From contig DYFC01000014.1 in assembly GCA_020725385.1 (NCBI GenBank), positions 1 through 28,950 of the forward strand: a DNA stretch of 28,950 bases, written 5' to 3'. This document shows positions 1 to 8,889 of the stretch, one piece after another. The translations under genes and the position numbers were made by a program. Under the pieces are notes generated by a model, which worked only from the letters and a program-made list of their open reading frames with translations, ran no database searches and was not told the origin of the DNA. This DNA is from Nitrospira japonica (GTDB lineage: Bacteria; Nitrospirota; Thermodesulfovibrionia; Thermodesulfovibrionales; SM23-35). Each line of letters opens with the position of its first letter. Position 1 is the first letter of the stretch.

Positions 1-230
1 ACGTACACTAAGGTATCGAAAAATAAATTTTTTCGCAATATCTGCATTACTTCAAATGCATTTTTATGGTTAATACGAATAATAATTGAACAAAATAACG
101 AAGTTGCCTGATATTAACAAATAGCTATGAAATTGAAAATAGGATGACATGAAATAGTGACTATTCATCAAAGTATAATAATAGCATTGCTGAAAGTTAT
201 GTAAGCTTAATTGGAAATAGGGTAAAATAC

Positions 231-1154
231 ATGGCTCTGGCAATAAAATATATGTATTATTCAAGCGAACAGAAATATGGTTTTATAGCATCTCTGATAA
301 TCCATTTACTGGTCTTTATTGTTTTTTTTACTTTTTCTACTTATAGGAAAAATGATGAAATTAAAACTTATTATATAGAGTTCGCACAATTTAATGAACA
401 AATTCCTGTTCAAACATCTAAATCTGTGAAACCTTTAAGACAAACTTTTTCTGATGAACCGCTAAAAAATGAAGAAATACAGGAACCCCGGCAGATTGAA
501 GAAATTCTGCCGAAAGAGCCTGAACCTGTTAAGCACGAGGTCAAACCCGAACCAATACCTGAACCTATAAAAGAAGTTGAAAAACCAAGAATTGTAGAAA
601 GAGAAGAAGCAAAGCTGGTTGAAGAAAAGTCTGCTATAAAAGACATTAAGAACAAAGAGCCTGAATCTGTTATTAGGAACCCCTCTTTCGACAGTCGGAA
701 TACTGTCAGGGTTGCAAGCAATCCTGTGCCTAAACCTCAATCCAATCCAGTATCGATTAATCAGCCTTTAATACAAACACAGCCGGTTAGAACAGATAAT
801 GCTCCACCGATAAAAACATCAACTTCTTCTACCACATATTCATCCGGGAAACCTTCATTAATCGAAACAGAATTCGGAAGAAGTGGAGCTCCTGTTTTTC
901 TGCACAGGCAAATGCCTGTTTATCCGATGATTGCAAGAAAGCTTGGGAAAGAAGGAAAAGTTGTTCTAAGGCTTCATATAAATGAGAAGGGGAAGCTATT
1001 GAACGTTGAAGTTGTTGAGCCGGCAGGATATGGTTTTACCGAATCTGCTATCGAAGCTGTTAAAATGTCAACTTTTGCGCCGGCTTATGATAATGGAATA
1101 AACATTGAGTCAAAAGCTTTGCTTACAATACGTTTTGTAATAAAGAAAACTTAA
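231..1154 (+). CDS. tonB: TonB family energy transducer
   Basis: N-terminal TM helix with SxxxH (ASLIIH), Pro/Glu/Lys-rich linker ([13 protein letters not shown]), C-terminal YPxxARxxGxEGxVxL TonB_C motif; followed by exbB/exbD. Start could be ATG 252. Confidence 0.9.
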   Translation: MALAIKYMYYSSEQKYGFIASLIIHLLVFIVFFTFSTYRKNDEIKTYYIEFAQFNEQIPVQTSKSVKPLRQTFSDEPLKNEEIQEPRQIEEILPKEPEPVKHEVKPEPIPEPIKEVEKPRIVEREEAKLVEEKSAIKDIKNKEPESVIRNPSFDSRNTVRVASNPVPKPQSNPVSINQPLIQTQPVRTDNAPPIKTSTSSTTYSSGKPSLIETEFGRSGAPVFLHRQMPVYPMIARKLGKEGKVVLRLHINEKGKLLNVEVVEPAGYGFTESAIEAVKMSTFAPAYDNGINIESKALLTIRFVIKKT

Positions 1155-1164
1155 AGGAGAAAAT

Positions 1165-1599
1165 ATGGTATGGATTTCTGCAGTAGTTGACTATGGAGTT
1201 GTCGGTCTTCTTATTCTGATGAGCATCATTGCTGTTTCGATTGCAATCGAACGCATGCTTACATACAAAAAGGTGAATGTTAAGGAATTCGATGATAAGA
1301 AATCTCTTGAAATCAGACTTACCGATAAACTTCATATCATTGCGACGATTGGTAGTAATGCTCCTTATATTGGCCTGCTTGGAACTGTGCTTGGAATTAT
1401 GCTTACTTTTTACAATATCGGCAAAGAAGGATTGGTTGATACAAGTAAAATAATGACCGGTCTGGCGCTTGCATTGAAAGCTACAGCTATAGGGCTTCTT
1501 GTCGCTATTCCGTCGATAACTTTTTATAACTTTCTACTCAGGAAAGTTAAAGTTTTACTCGTAGAATGGGAGAAAGTGAATGGAAGAAAAAGAATTTGA
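1165..1599 (+). CDS. exbB: ExbB (short MotA/TolQ/ExbB proton channel)
   Basis: [20 protein letters not shown] and [16 protein letters not shown] motifs; AAGGAG SD; short 144-aa form. Confidence 0.93.
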   Translation: MVWISAVVDYGVVGLLILMSIIAVSIAIERMLTYKKVNVKEFDDKKSLEIRLTDKLHIIATIGSNAPYIGLLGTVLGIMLTFYNIGKEGLVDTSKIMTGLALALKATAIGLLVAIPSITFYNFLLRKVKVLLVEWEKVNGRKRI

Positions 1600-1957
1600 T
1601 TATATGAATGTTATTCCATTGGTTGATGTTATGCTTGTCTTGTTAACAATAGTTCTTACCACTTCGACTTTTATAGCTTCGGGAATGATAAATGTGTCTT
1701 TGCCAAAAGCATCCAATGAAAACAGAGAAGTTTTGAAAAACCAGACTATCACAATCAGTAAAGAAGGAACAATATATTTCAATTCAATCGCAATGACGCT
1801 TTATGATTTGAAAAATACAGTCCAAAATCTTGATAGAGAGACACCAATAATCATAAGAGCGGATAGGGATATAAGACTTCAAATTTTTGTTGACGTGCTT
1901 GATGTCATAAATAATTCTGGATTTAAGAAAGTAGCAATTCAGACAGAGAAAGAATAA
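1580..1957 (+). CDS. exbD: ExbD/TolR biopolymer transport protein
   Basis: [14 protein letters not shown] motif, LPKA, IRAD; overlaps exbB. Confidence 0.93.
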   Translation: MEEKEFDYMNVIPLVDVMLVLLTIVLTTSTFIASGMINVSLPKASNENREVLKNQTITISKEGTIYFNSIAMTLYDLKNTVQNLDRETPIIIRADRDIRLQIFVDVLDVINNSGFKKVAIQTEKE

Positions 1958-1995
1958 AATTTAAGAAATTAATAACCGCAAGTTTAATAATTCTC

Positions 1996-2025
1996 TTGAC
2001 ACAAATTTTATATATAAAATATACT
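1996..2025 (+). promoter_or_regulatory. sigma70-type promoter for porin-nikMNQO operon
   Basis: TTGACA (1996-2001) - 18 nt - TATACT (2020-2025); predicted TSS ~2032, just before the structured leader. Confidence 0.65.
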
Positions 2026-2036
2026 TAAAACAAATA

Positions 2037-2120
2037 AGCCACGAAGGCTAAAACAATGACCTGAAGGTCAAAAAGCTTTCGCGGCTATTTTTTTTGCCGC
2101 GAGAAGGGATTGTTCGGTCA
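2037..2120 (+). promoter_or_regulatory. candidate transcription attenuator / structured leader RNA
   Basis: AGCCACGAAGGCT (2037-2049) pairs 12/13 with AGCTTTCGCGGCT (2074-2086), followed by A and T8 (2088-2095); mutually exclusive small hairpin AGCC-ACGAA-GGCT; second hairpin TGACC-TGAA-GGTCA (2057-2070). Confidence 0.6.
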
Positions 2121-2200
2121 AAGAAAATTGTTTAACCCAAAAATGCAGATATTGCTCGAATACCGTAAAACGTAAAAAGTAAATTGTAAACTGTCAATTT

Positions 2201-2555
2201 GTCATTCTCTGGCCCTCTGGATAAGCCAGAGAGTATGCTTGAAACTTTAAAAAGTCAGCAGACGGTATCCAGTGATAAGGCTTGAAACTGGATTCCCCAA
2301 TCGAGTTGGGGAATGACGTTTATTTAGTTGTCATTCTTGGCTTGATTCTTGGGCTTGACTTGAAAATCCAGAATTTTCAGTCATACCACGACTTGATTGT
2401 GGTATCCAGATAACTTAAAACTGGATTCCCCGATTAAATCGGGGAATGACTCTTTTTTCTGTCATTCTCGGGCTTGACCCGAGAATCCAGAAAATTTAAA
2501 TAATGATTCTCCGATCCCGCTACAAAAACGGCGGGCAAGTAAATCGGGGAATGAC
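2201..2555. repeat. array of 7 REP-like palindromic units (GTCAT-stem-loop-stem-ATCCAG, 30-nt core), mostly in inverted pairs
   Basis: Units at 2201-2272(+, expanded), 2288-2317(-), 2330-2371(+, internal duplication), 2380-2409(+), 2421-2450(-), 2461-2490(+), 2502-2555(-, 24-nt insert). Confidence 0.85.
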
Positions 2556-2602
2556 TGAAAATATAGCATGTTTTGACAATACAGAAGAAAAAAGGAGGTT
2601 TT

Positions 2603-3742
2603 ATGTATTCTGACATCTCAAAAAGTTTGCGGGGGAAAGTGGCTGTTTTTTTATTATCTGTTTTAATTATATTTACTTCATCCATGTTTGCTTTTGCTTA
2701 TGATGTTAATGAAAAACTAACCATTGATGGTACGTTGACAGGTGTATATCAATATGGCAATTACGATGTTAAAGGTCTGGATAATAAAGACGGTGGAGCA
2801 GTTATTCTTGATCTCGGTTTTAATTTTCATCCTACAGAAACAGATGAATTTCAGATTACAGCAAGTTTTGCCGGGGGTAATGGACTTGATAAAGGGAATC
2901 CTTTTTCTTTGACACCATATGCAGATGATCTTGAGGATGGTCTGAAGAACATAAATGGAAGAAACAGGGATTATCTGCTTGAAGCATGGTATAAACATAC
3001 TTTTAAATTAGACGAAAAGACTTCTTTAGCATTAACCGGGGGAATTATAGATTCAACAAGATACATAGATGACAACGCATTTGCCAATTGCGAGACTTCT
3101 CAGTTTATGAATCAGATTTTTGTAAATCATAAAAATGTAAACCTTCCATCTTATGATATAGGTGGTGCTATTGAATTTAATATCTCAAACTTCTCTATCA
3201 GGAGCGTTGTAATGAATTCAAAATTTGAAGACGCTGAAGGTTCTTTAGAGAATTACAACTATTATGCATTGCAAGTCGGATATGTTCTTGAAACTCCTAT
3301 GGGAACAGGCAATTACAGGATTTACGGTTTTACTACAAGCAAAAGATTTAATGACTGGGATGGCACTAACAAAGAAAGATTGCAGGGACTCGGTATTTCT
3401 GCTGACCAGCAACTTAGCCCAATAATAGGGGTGTTTGCACGGGCTGGCTGGCAGGATGATGCTGCAATCATAGATCATCAGAATGTTTATTCAGCTGGGG
3501 TCAATATAAATGGCAAATTATGGGGTAGAGAAAAGGATGAGATAGGTCTTGGTTATGCTTATCTAACAGGCGCCGATGATTCTGAGATCGATAAAACCAA
3601 TGCATTCGAAAGTTACTTCAAACTCCAGATTTCTAAATACAATGATATAAGTTTTGATTTGCAATATATTAATGATAGTCTGAAGCAGGAAAGTGACAAA
3701 AGCGGTTTTGTTTACGGAGTAAGGCTTAATGCTTATTTTTAG
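2603..3742 (+). CDS. outer-membrane beta-barrel porin (OprB/carbohydrate-porin-like), probably metal-uptake associated
   Basis: AGGAGG SD before ATG 2603 (preferred over TTG 2573); signal peptide ending AFA; alternating beta-strand pattern, EAWY motif, C-terminal YGVRLNAYF with terminal Phe. Confidence 0.75.
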   Translation: MYSDISKSLRGKVAVFLLSVLIIFTSSMFAFAYDVNEKLTIDGTLTGVYQYGNYDVKGLDNKDGGAVILDLGFNFHPTETDEFQITASFAGGNGLDKGNPFSLTPYADDLEDGLKNINGRNRDYLLEAWYKHTFKLDEKTSLALTGGIIDSTRYIDDNAFANCETSQFMNQIFVNHKNVNLPSYDIGGAIEFNISNFSIRSVVMNSKFEDAEGSLENYNYYALQVGYVLETPMGTGNYRIYGFTTSKRFNDWDGTNKERLQGLGISADQQLSPIIGVFARAGWQDDAAIIDHQNVYSAGVNINGKLWGREKDEIGLGYAYLTGADDSEIDKTNAFESYFKLQISKYNDISFDLQYINDSLKQESDKSGFVYGVRLNAYF

Positions 3743-3768
3743 AGTTTTAAATTAAAAGGGGGTTTATT

Positions 3769-4806
3769 ATGCATATGGCAGATGCTTTATTGTCGCCTGC
3801 AGTAGGTGGAACTATGTGGGCAGGTTCTCTTGGCGTGATTGTTTATTGTGCTAAGAAACTAAGTGGCAAAATGGATGAAAAAATGATACCTCTGATGGGC
3901 GTGCTTGGCGCATTTATATTTGCTGGACAAATGATAAATTTTACAATTCCCGGAACAGGTTCAAGCGGACATATCGGAGGTGGAATGTTGCTTGCAATTT
4001 TGCTTGGCCCTTATGCTGCCTTTCTTGTAATTGCATCTGTTCTTGTTGTACAGGCATTGTTTTTTGCCGATGGCGGGCTCCTTGCACTTGGAGCTAATAT
4101 ATGGAATCTTGGAATTTATCCTGCTTTTATCGGGTACCCGCTTATTTATAGGGCTCTTGTAAAAAAGAGTTCTAATACTAAGGCCATAACAATTGCTTCT
4201 ATAATCAGCGTAATTATATCATTGCAATTAGGCGCATTCTCGGTTGTACTCGAAACAAAATTGTCAGGAATAACCGAATTGCCTTTCAGTACTTTTTTAA
4301 TAATGATGCAACCAATACACCTGGCAATTGGATTAATTGAAGGAATAGTAACAGCCGGTATAATTTTATATGTAAGAAGTTTAAGGCCCGATATAGTAGA
4401 TAATCTTGAAGTTGTTAAAAATACATATTCAGCAGGTTCATTGAAAAAAGTCTTGATTATCATGTCATTGCTTGCAATTATAACAGGTGGTGCTTTTTCC
4501 TGGTTTGCATCAACGAATCCGGACGGTCTTGAATGGTCTATCGAGAAGATATACGGTAAACCTGAAGTCCCTGAAAGAGGGAACCCTGTGACTGAAAACC
4601 TATCAAAAATACAGGAAAAAACAGCGATTCTGCCTGACTATACATTCCCCTCAAAAGGAGAAGAGCAAGAGAAATCGCCTTCATGGCCTGCAGTTGATAC
4701 AGGAACAACGGTATCGGGAATAATAGGTGGAATTATGGTGCTTGCTCTTGTTATAGTTTTTGGAATGGGCATAAGAATTATGAATAGAAACAGAGCAAAG
4801 ACGTGA
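3769..4806 (+). CDS. cbiM: ECF Ni/Co transporter substrate component, CbiM/NikM fused to PDGLE (NikN-like) domain
   Basis: N-terminal MH(M)AD metal-binding start, GSSGHIGGG, HLAIGLIEGIVT, ASTNPDGLE, LPDY motifs. Confidence 0.9.
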   Translation: MHMADALLSPAVGGTMWAGSLGVIVYCAKKLSGKMDEKMIPLMGVLGAFIFAGQMINFTIPGTGSSGHIGGGMLLAILLGPYAAFLVIASVLVVQALFFADGGLLALGANIWNLGIYPAFIGYPLIYRALVKKSSNTKAITIASIISVIISLQLGAFSVVLETKLSGITELPFSTFLIMMQPIHLAIGLIEGIVTAGIILYVRSLRPDIVDNLEVVKNTYSAGSLKKVLIIMSLLAIITGGAFSWFASTNPDGLEWSIEKIYGKPEVPERGNPVTENLSKIQEKTAILPDYTFPSKGEEQEKSPSWPAVDTGTTVSGIIGGIMVLALVIVFGMGIRIMNRNRAKT

Positions 4807-5603
4807 GATTCGATGAAGAGTTTTTTAATTTAGGTTATCTCGATACGCTTTCATATAAAGATACTTTTGTACACAGACTCGATCCGAGGATAAAGATAAT
4901 AGTTACTCTTATCTTTATCCTCTTTGTTATTTCATTCAATAAATATGAGATTTCCGGTTTGCTTCCATTCTTGCTTTTTCCGGTTTTCCTATTGACAGCG
5001 GGCAACATACCTCTTAAAGCAATTTTTAAAAAAGTGCTTTTTATTTCACCCTTTGCGATTTTTATCGGAATATTCAATCCAATTATTGACAGGCAGGTTT
5101 TAATAGCTCCTTTCGGGATTCCTGTCTCAGGAGGCTGGCTATCTTTCTTTTCAATAATAATTAAATTTATTTTAACAGTAAGCACTGCCTTGCTTCTCAT
5201 TGCAGTAACATCATTCCCGGGAATATGCGAGGCGCTTTCAAGAATGAAAATGCCAAAGCTTTTTGTAATTCAACTTCTTTTCTTATACAGATATATTTTT
5301 GTCCTGCTTGATGTTGCATTAAGAATGGTAAGAGCAAGGGATGCAAGGGCTTTCGGTAATAAAGGCAAAGACATTAAAACATTTATTAGGCTCATTTCTG
5401 TTTTGCTCATAAAAAGTATTGACAGAGCCGAAAGAGTATATCAGGCAATGCTGGCGCGTGGTTTTAACGGAGAGATAAAAGTATTGAAGAAATATAAGCT
5501 GGGTTTCACTGATTTAATTTTTGGAATATCTTCTGTTTTACTTTTTTATATATTCAGGAATTATAATATATCAAATTATTTCGGCGAAATTATAAAAAGA
5601 TAG
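4803..5603 (+). CDS. cbiQ: ECF transporter T component CbiQ/NikQ
   Basis: HRLDPRIK, YRYIFVL, ARDAR, RAERVYQAMLARGF motifs; GTG start overlaps cbiM stop. Confidence 0.92.
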   Translation: MRFDEEFFNLGYLDTLSYKDTFVHRLDPRIKIIVTLIFILFVISFNKYEISGLLPFLLFPVFLLTAGNIPLKAIFKKVLFISPFAIFIGIFNPIIDRQVLIAPFGIPVSGGWLSFFSIIIKFILTVSTALLLIAVTSFPGICEALSRMKMPKLFVIQLLFLYRYIFVLLDVALRMVRARDARAFGNKGKDIKTFIRLISVLLIKSIDRAERVYQAMLARGFNGEIKVLKKYKLGFTDLIFGISSVLLFYIFRNYNISNYFGEIIKR

Positions 5604-5609
5604 AAATCA

Positions 5610-6362
5610 ATGAGTCATCATATTGTTGAACTTAAAGATGCATATTTCACATATCCCGACGGCACCGAAGGGATGAGAGGTATATCTTTTAAAATCTTTC
5701 ACGGAGAATCTGTTGGAATAGCCGGTGCCAATGGAGCCGGAAAAACAACCCTTCTAATGAATCTAAGCGGACATCTTATTCCCACAAAAGGAGAAGTATC
5801 CATCGGCGAAATTACACTCTGTCATAAAACACGTCAGGAGATCAGACGCAAGGTGGGTTTTGTCTTTCAACGTACGGATGATCAATTATTCATGCCCACT
5901 GTATATGAAGATGTAGCATTCGGGCCGGTTAATCTTGGATTGCCGGAAAATAAAGTAAATGAAAGGGTAAAGAATGCACTCGAAATGGTAGGCTGTTATA
6001 ATCTTAAAGACAGACCACCTCACAGACTTTCCGAAGGACAAAAACGATCTGTTGCAATAGCAACGGTTATGGCTATGAAACCCGATATTTTAATCATGGA
6101 TGAACCTGCTTCGAATCTTGATCCGAGATCAAGAAGGCAATTGATAAATCTTTTGAATACATTCGAACATACAAAGATAATAGCATCACATGATCTTGAC
6201 CTTATCCTCGATGTTTGTGAAAGATGCATTATTATTAGAGATGGAAAAGTGTTTGCCGATGGTCCTTCAGAGAAGATATTATTGGATGAATCTTTGCTTG
6301 AGGAAAACGGTCTGGAACTGCCCCTGACAAGACAGTTTTACCATCTCAAGCGGTCTTCTTAA
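5610..6362 (+). CDS. cbiO: ECF transporter ATPase CbiO/NikO
   Basis: Walker A GANGAGKT, FQxxDDQLFMPTV, signature LSEGQK, Walker B ILIMDEP, H-loop SHD. Confidence 0.93.
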   Translation: MSHHIVELKDAYFTYPDGTEGMRGISFKIFHGESVGIAGANGAGKTTLLMNLSGHLIPTKGEVSIGEITLCHKTRQEIRRKVGFVFQRTDDQLFMPTVYEDVAFGPVNLGLPENKVNERVKNALEMVGCYNLKDRPPHRLSEGQKRSVAIATVMAMKPDILIMDEPASNLDPRSRRQLINLLNTFEHTKIIASHDLDLILDVCERCIIIRDGKVFADGPSEKILLDESLLEENGLELPLTRQFYHLKRSS

Positions 6363-6996
6363 CGTAAATTTCTTTTGCTATATCAGAATCAAGAGCAACT
6401 GTTGTTTCATCGACCTGAATAACATAAGAAGGTTTCCGCTGAATTAATTTTATTATGCTTCCTGCTGTTATTCCAAGTGAATTCAATTTGCTCAATCTCG
6501 ATGCATTTGTGGGAACAATAAATGTAATTTTTCCCCGTGAACCAACTTCAAATTCCGAAAGCCTTGTTACAACTGGTTCAACATCAATTTTATATTTCTT
6601 ACAGCATTCACCTCTGGGAATTGGCTTTCCATGAGGGCATGTCTGGGGATGTCCGAGAAATGTGCAAACACTATCTGTCAGTTCTTCACTTAGAATATGT
6701 TCCATTTTACATGCATCATTGATAACAGAGTCACCCCTCATCTCGAAGACATCCGTAAAAAGCCTCTCTGCAAGCCTTAGTCTCCTAATAAGGGCCTTTG
6801 CCATTTTATGACCTTTTTCAGTAAATTGAATCTTATCATCACTAACTGTTGCAAGACCTTCAGCTTTTAGGATCTGAATAAGGCGATCAATTTCATCATC
6901 TTCGGAGCTGAGCCTGAAGCGGTTTAAACCATTATGGCCTTCTTCATTTAATACCCATAAAAGTTCTATAGCCTCATCAATTCTTTCTTTATCCAT
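6346..6996 (-). CDS. DtxR/MntR-family metal-dependent regulator with C-terminal FeoA domain
   Basis: RRLRLAERLF, ACKMEH, CPHGKPIP motifs, FeoA-like LNSLGITAGSII; 17-bp convergent overlap with cbiO. Confidence 0.85.
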   Translation of the reverse strand: MDKERIDEAIELLWVLNEEGHNGLNRFRLSSEDDEIDRLIQILKAEGLATVSDDKIQFTEKGHKMAKALIRRLRLAERLFTDVFEMRGDSVINDACKMEHILSEELTDSVCTFLGHPQTCPHGKPIPRGECCKKYKIDVEPVVTRLSEFEVGSRGKITFIVPTNASRLSKLNSLGITAGSIIKLIQRKPSYVIQVDETTVALDSDIAKEIYVKKTA

Positions 6997-7028
6997 GATT
7001 AAAATTATATCATGTCCATGAAAAATAT

Positions 7029-7640
7029 TCAGAAGGGAAGTTGCAGGGTCTTAACCCTGCAGAAACTTTTACGATGAATAGGGCAGGGTCCATGAATACG
7101 GATGAGTTCAAGATGCTCGCTGGTTGAATATCCTTTATGCCTGTCAAAATGATATTGTGGATATATCTTATGGAAGTCCAGCATTATTCTATCCCTTGTG
7201 ACTTTTGCAATAATTGAAGCCGCAGCAACAGATGCACTTATGCTTTCACATTTTGTGTAAGAGATTTGTTTAATTGAAATCGATGGAATCTTAACCGCAT
7301 CAATAATAAGTAAATCAGGAATTATAGACAGGCTTTCAACTGCTGTCAGCATAGCAAGTCGGGTTGCTTTAAGTATATTGAGATTATCAATCTCTTCAGG
7401 TCCGATAATGCCAATTCCTATATCGAGTGCAGCATCTTTAACAGCAGTATAAAGAACTTCTCTTTCTTTCTCAGGAACTTTTTTAGAATCTCTAAGTCCA
7501 TTTATAAATATATTTTCTTTAAGGATTACTGCTGCAGCAACTACAGGGCCTGCTAAGGGTCCCCGTCCTGCTTCATCGATGCCTGCAATACGGAAGTATC
7601 CCTTTTTTCTGTAGAAATCATCATGCTGATATATGTCCAT
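7029..7640 (-). CDS. rnhB: ribonuclease HII
   Basis: GIDEAGRGPLAGPVVAAAV, DSKK, AAASIIAKVTRD, HKGY, IHRKSF. Confidence 0.96.
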   Translation of the reverse strand: MDIYQHDDFYRKKGYFRIAGIDEAGRGPLAGPVVAAAVILKENIFINGLRDSKKVPEKEREVLYTAVKDAALDIGIGIIGPEEIDNLNILKATRLAMLTAVESLSIIPDLLIIDAVKIPSISIKQISYTKCESISASVAAASIIAKVTRDRIMLDFHKIYPQYHFDRHKGYSTSEHLELIRIHGPCPIHRKSFCRVKTLQLPF

Positions 7641-7656
7641 ATCAGCTTTGGAATTA

Positions 7657-8097
7657 CTATTCTGTTGTTACATTATTCTGAGGTTCGGATAGTTGCTCTT
7701 CTTTTACCTGTGTATCCTGAGTAGCAACCGCGGCATTTGAAGCCTTAACCATAAAACCTCTATCCTTTTCTTTTATCTTTGCTGATTTGCCTTTTTTGCC
7801 ACGCAAATAATAAAGCTTTGCTCTTCTAACACGTCCTTTTTTAAGTACTTCAATTCTCTCAACAGAAGGTGAATGAACAGGAAATATTTTTTCAACCCCG
7901 ACACCAAAAGAAATTTTTCTTACAGTAAAGGTTTCTTTAGTATTACTTCCTTTTCTGGCAATAACAACACCATCAAAAGGCTGAAATCTCTCTTTATCAC
8001 CTTCAACAACTTTTACCATCACCCTTACTGTATCTCCAATATTGAATTCCGGTATATTCTTTTTTAACCCTTCTTCAACAGATGTTATAAGATTCAT
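7657..8097 (-). CDS. rplS: 50S ribosomal protein L19
   Basis: [30 protein letters not shown]. Confidence 0.97.
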   Translation of the reverse strand: MNLITSVEEGLKKNIPEFNIGDTVRVMVKVVEGDKERFQPFDGVVIARKGSNTKETFTVRKISFGVGVEKIFPVHSPSVERIEVLKKGRVRRAKLYYLRGKKGKSAKIKEKDRGFMVKASNAAVATQDTQVKEEQLSEPQNNVTTE

Positions 8098-8837
8098 TTT
8101 AAGTCTTCCTCCTTTATTTCTTGTAACAATTCATGGTCTTCATCACTAATTTCTTTTCTTGAAGTAAGCAGATCGGGTCTCCTATTTAAGGTACGCCTCA
8201 GTGCTTCTTTTCGCCTCCAGCGCTGAATATCTTTATGATTCCCTGAAAGTAAAACTTCCGGTACTTCGTATCCTCTATATGCCGGAGGTCTTGTATAATG
8301 AGGATAATCCAGTATTCCCCATGAAAATGATTCTTCCTCTACAGAATGTTCATCTCCAAGTACCCCGGGAATTAATCTTGAGACAGCATCTATTATAACT
8401 AATGCTGGTAATTCTCCGCCAGTCAAAACATAATCACCAATTGAAATTTCTTCATCTGCTAAAAAAGACGCCACACGTTCATCAATTGCTTCATACCTGC
8501 CGCAAAGTAATATCAATTGTTTCTTTTCTCTCGATAATTTCATCGCTTTTGTCTGATTAAAATTAACACCAGAAGGACTCAGCATAATCACCCTACGTTT
8601 TTCTTTATCAGGACATATTGCATCAACAGCCTCAAAAAAAGGCTCGGGTTTCATTACCATTCCTGACCCACCGCCATAGGGATAATCATCAACACTTTTA
8701 TGCCTGTTTTTAGCATAATCCCTGAGATTATGTATATTTATATCAATCAAACCTTTCTTTATGGCTCTTTTAATAATACTCTCATTTATGTAAGCACGGA
8801 AAATTTCAGGGAAAATACTTATAACATCAAATCTCAT
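8094..8837 (-). CDS. trmD: tRNA (guanine37-N1)-methyltransferase
   Basis: [46 protein letters not shown]. Confidence 0.97.
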   Translation of the reverse strand: MRFDVISIFPEIFRAYINESIIKRAIKKGLIDINIHNLRDYAKNRHKSVDDYPYGGGSGMVMKPEPFFEAVDAICPDKEKRRVIMLSPSGVNFNQTKAMKLSREKKQLILLCGRYEAIDERVASFLADEEISIGDYVLTGGELPALVIIDAVSRLIPGVLGDEHSVEEESFSWGILDYPHYTRPPAYRGYEVPEVLLSGNHKDIQRWRRKEALRRTLNRRPDLLTSRKEISDEDHELLQEIKEEDLK

Positions 8838-8842
8838 AATAT

Positions 8843-8889
8843 AAGAAACAGCAAGGGGTAAAAGGACGGAGAAAACCTTCTACCCCTTG
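8843..8889 (-). terminator. 14-bp hairpin (possible weak terminator/attenuator) between khpA and trmD
   Basis: Minus strand CAAGGGGTAGAAGG-10 nt-CCTTTTACCCCTTG (one G-U), then CTGTTTCTT. Confidence 0.5.

Noticed and set aside
129-179. Fur box or operator upstream of tonB (GAAATTGAAAATAGG; imperfect inverted repeat 149-168; TATAAT 174-179)
   Set aside because: Only about half of the Fur consensus matches in AT-rich DNA and there is no correctly spaced -35; too weak to call
2143-2175. Short leader ORF MQILLEYRKT (and ATG-ACC-TGA at 2056)
   Set aside because: No SD and no informative codon content
2201-2555. CRISPR array
   Set aside because: Units alternate in orientation, vary internally and are separated by only ~8-15 nt; no cas genes in the window
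2032-2602. Cobalamin or NiCo riboswitch, or NikR box, upstream of the cbiM-like operon
   Set aside because: No B12-box (GCCACTG/GGGAAG) or recognisable four-way-junction consensus, and no convincing NikR palindrome by eye; an Rfam scan would settle it
2434-2685. 83-aa minus-strand ORF
   Set aside because: Runs through the repeats and antisense to the porin start; no recognisable protein features
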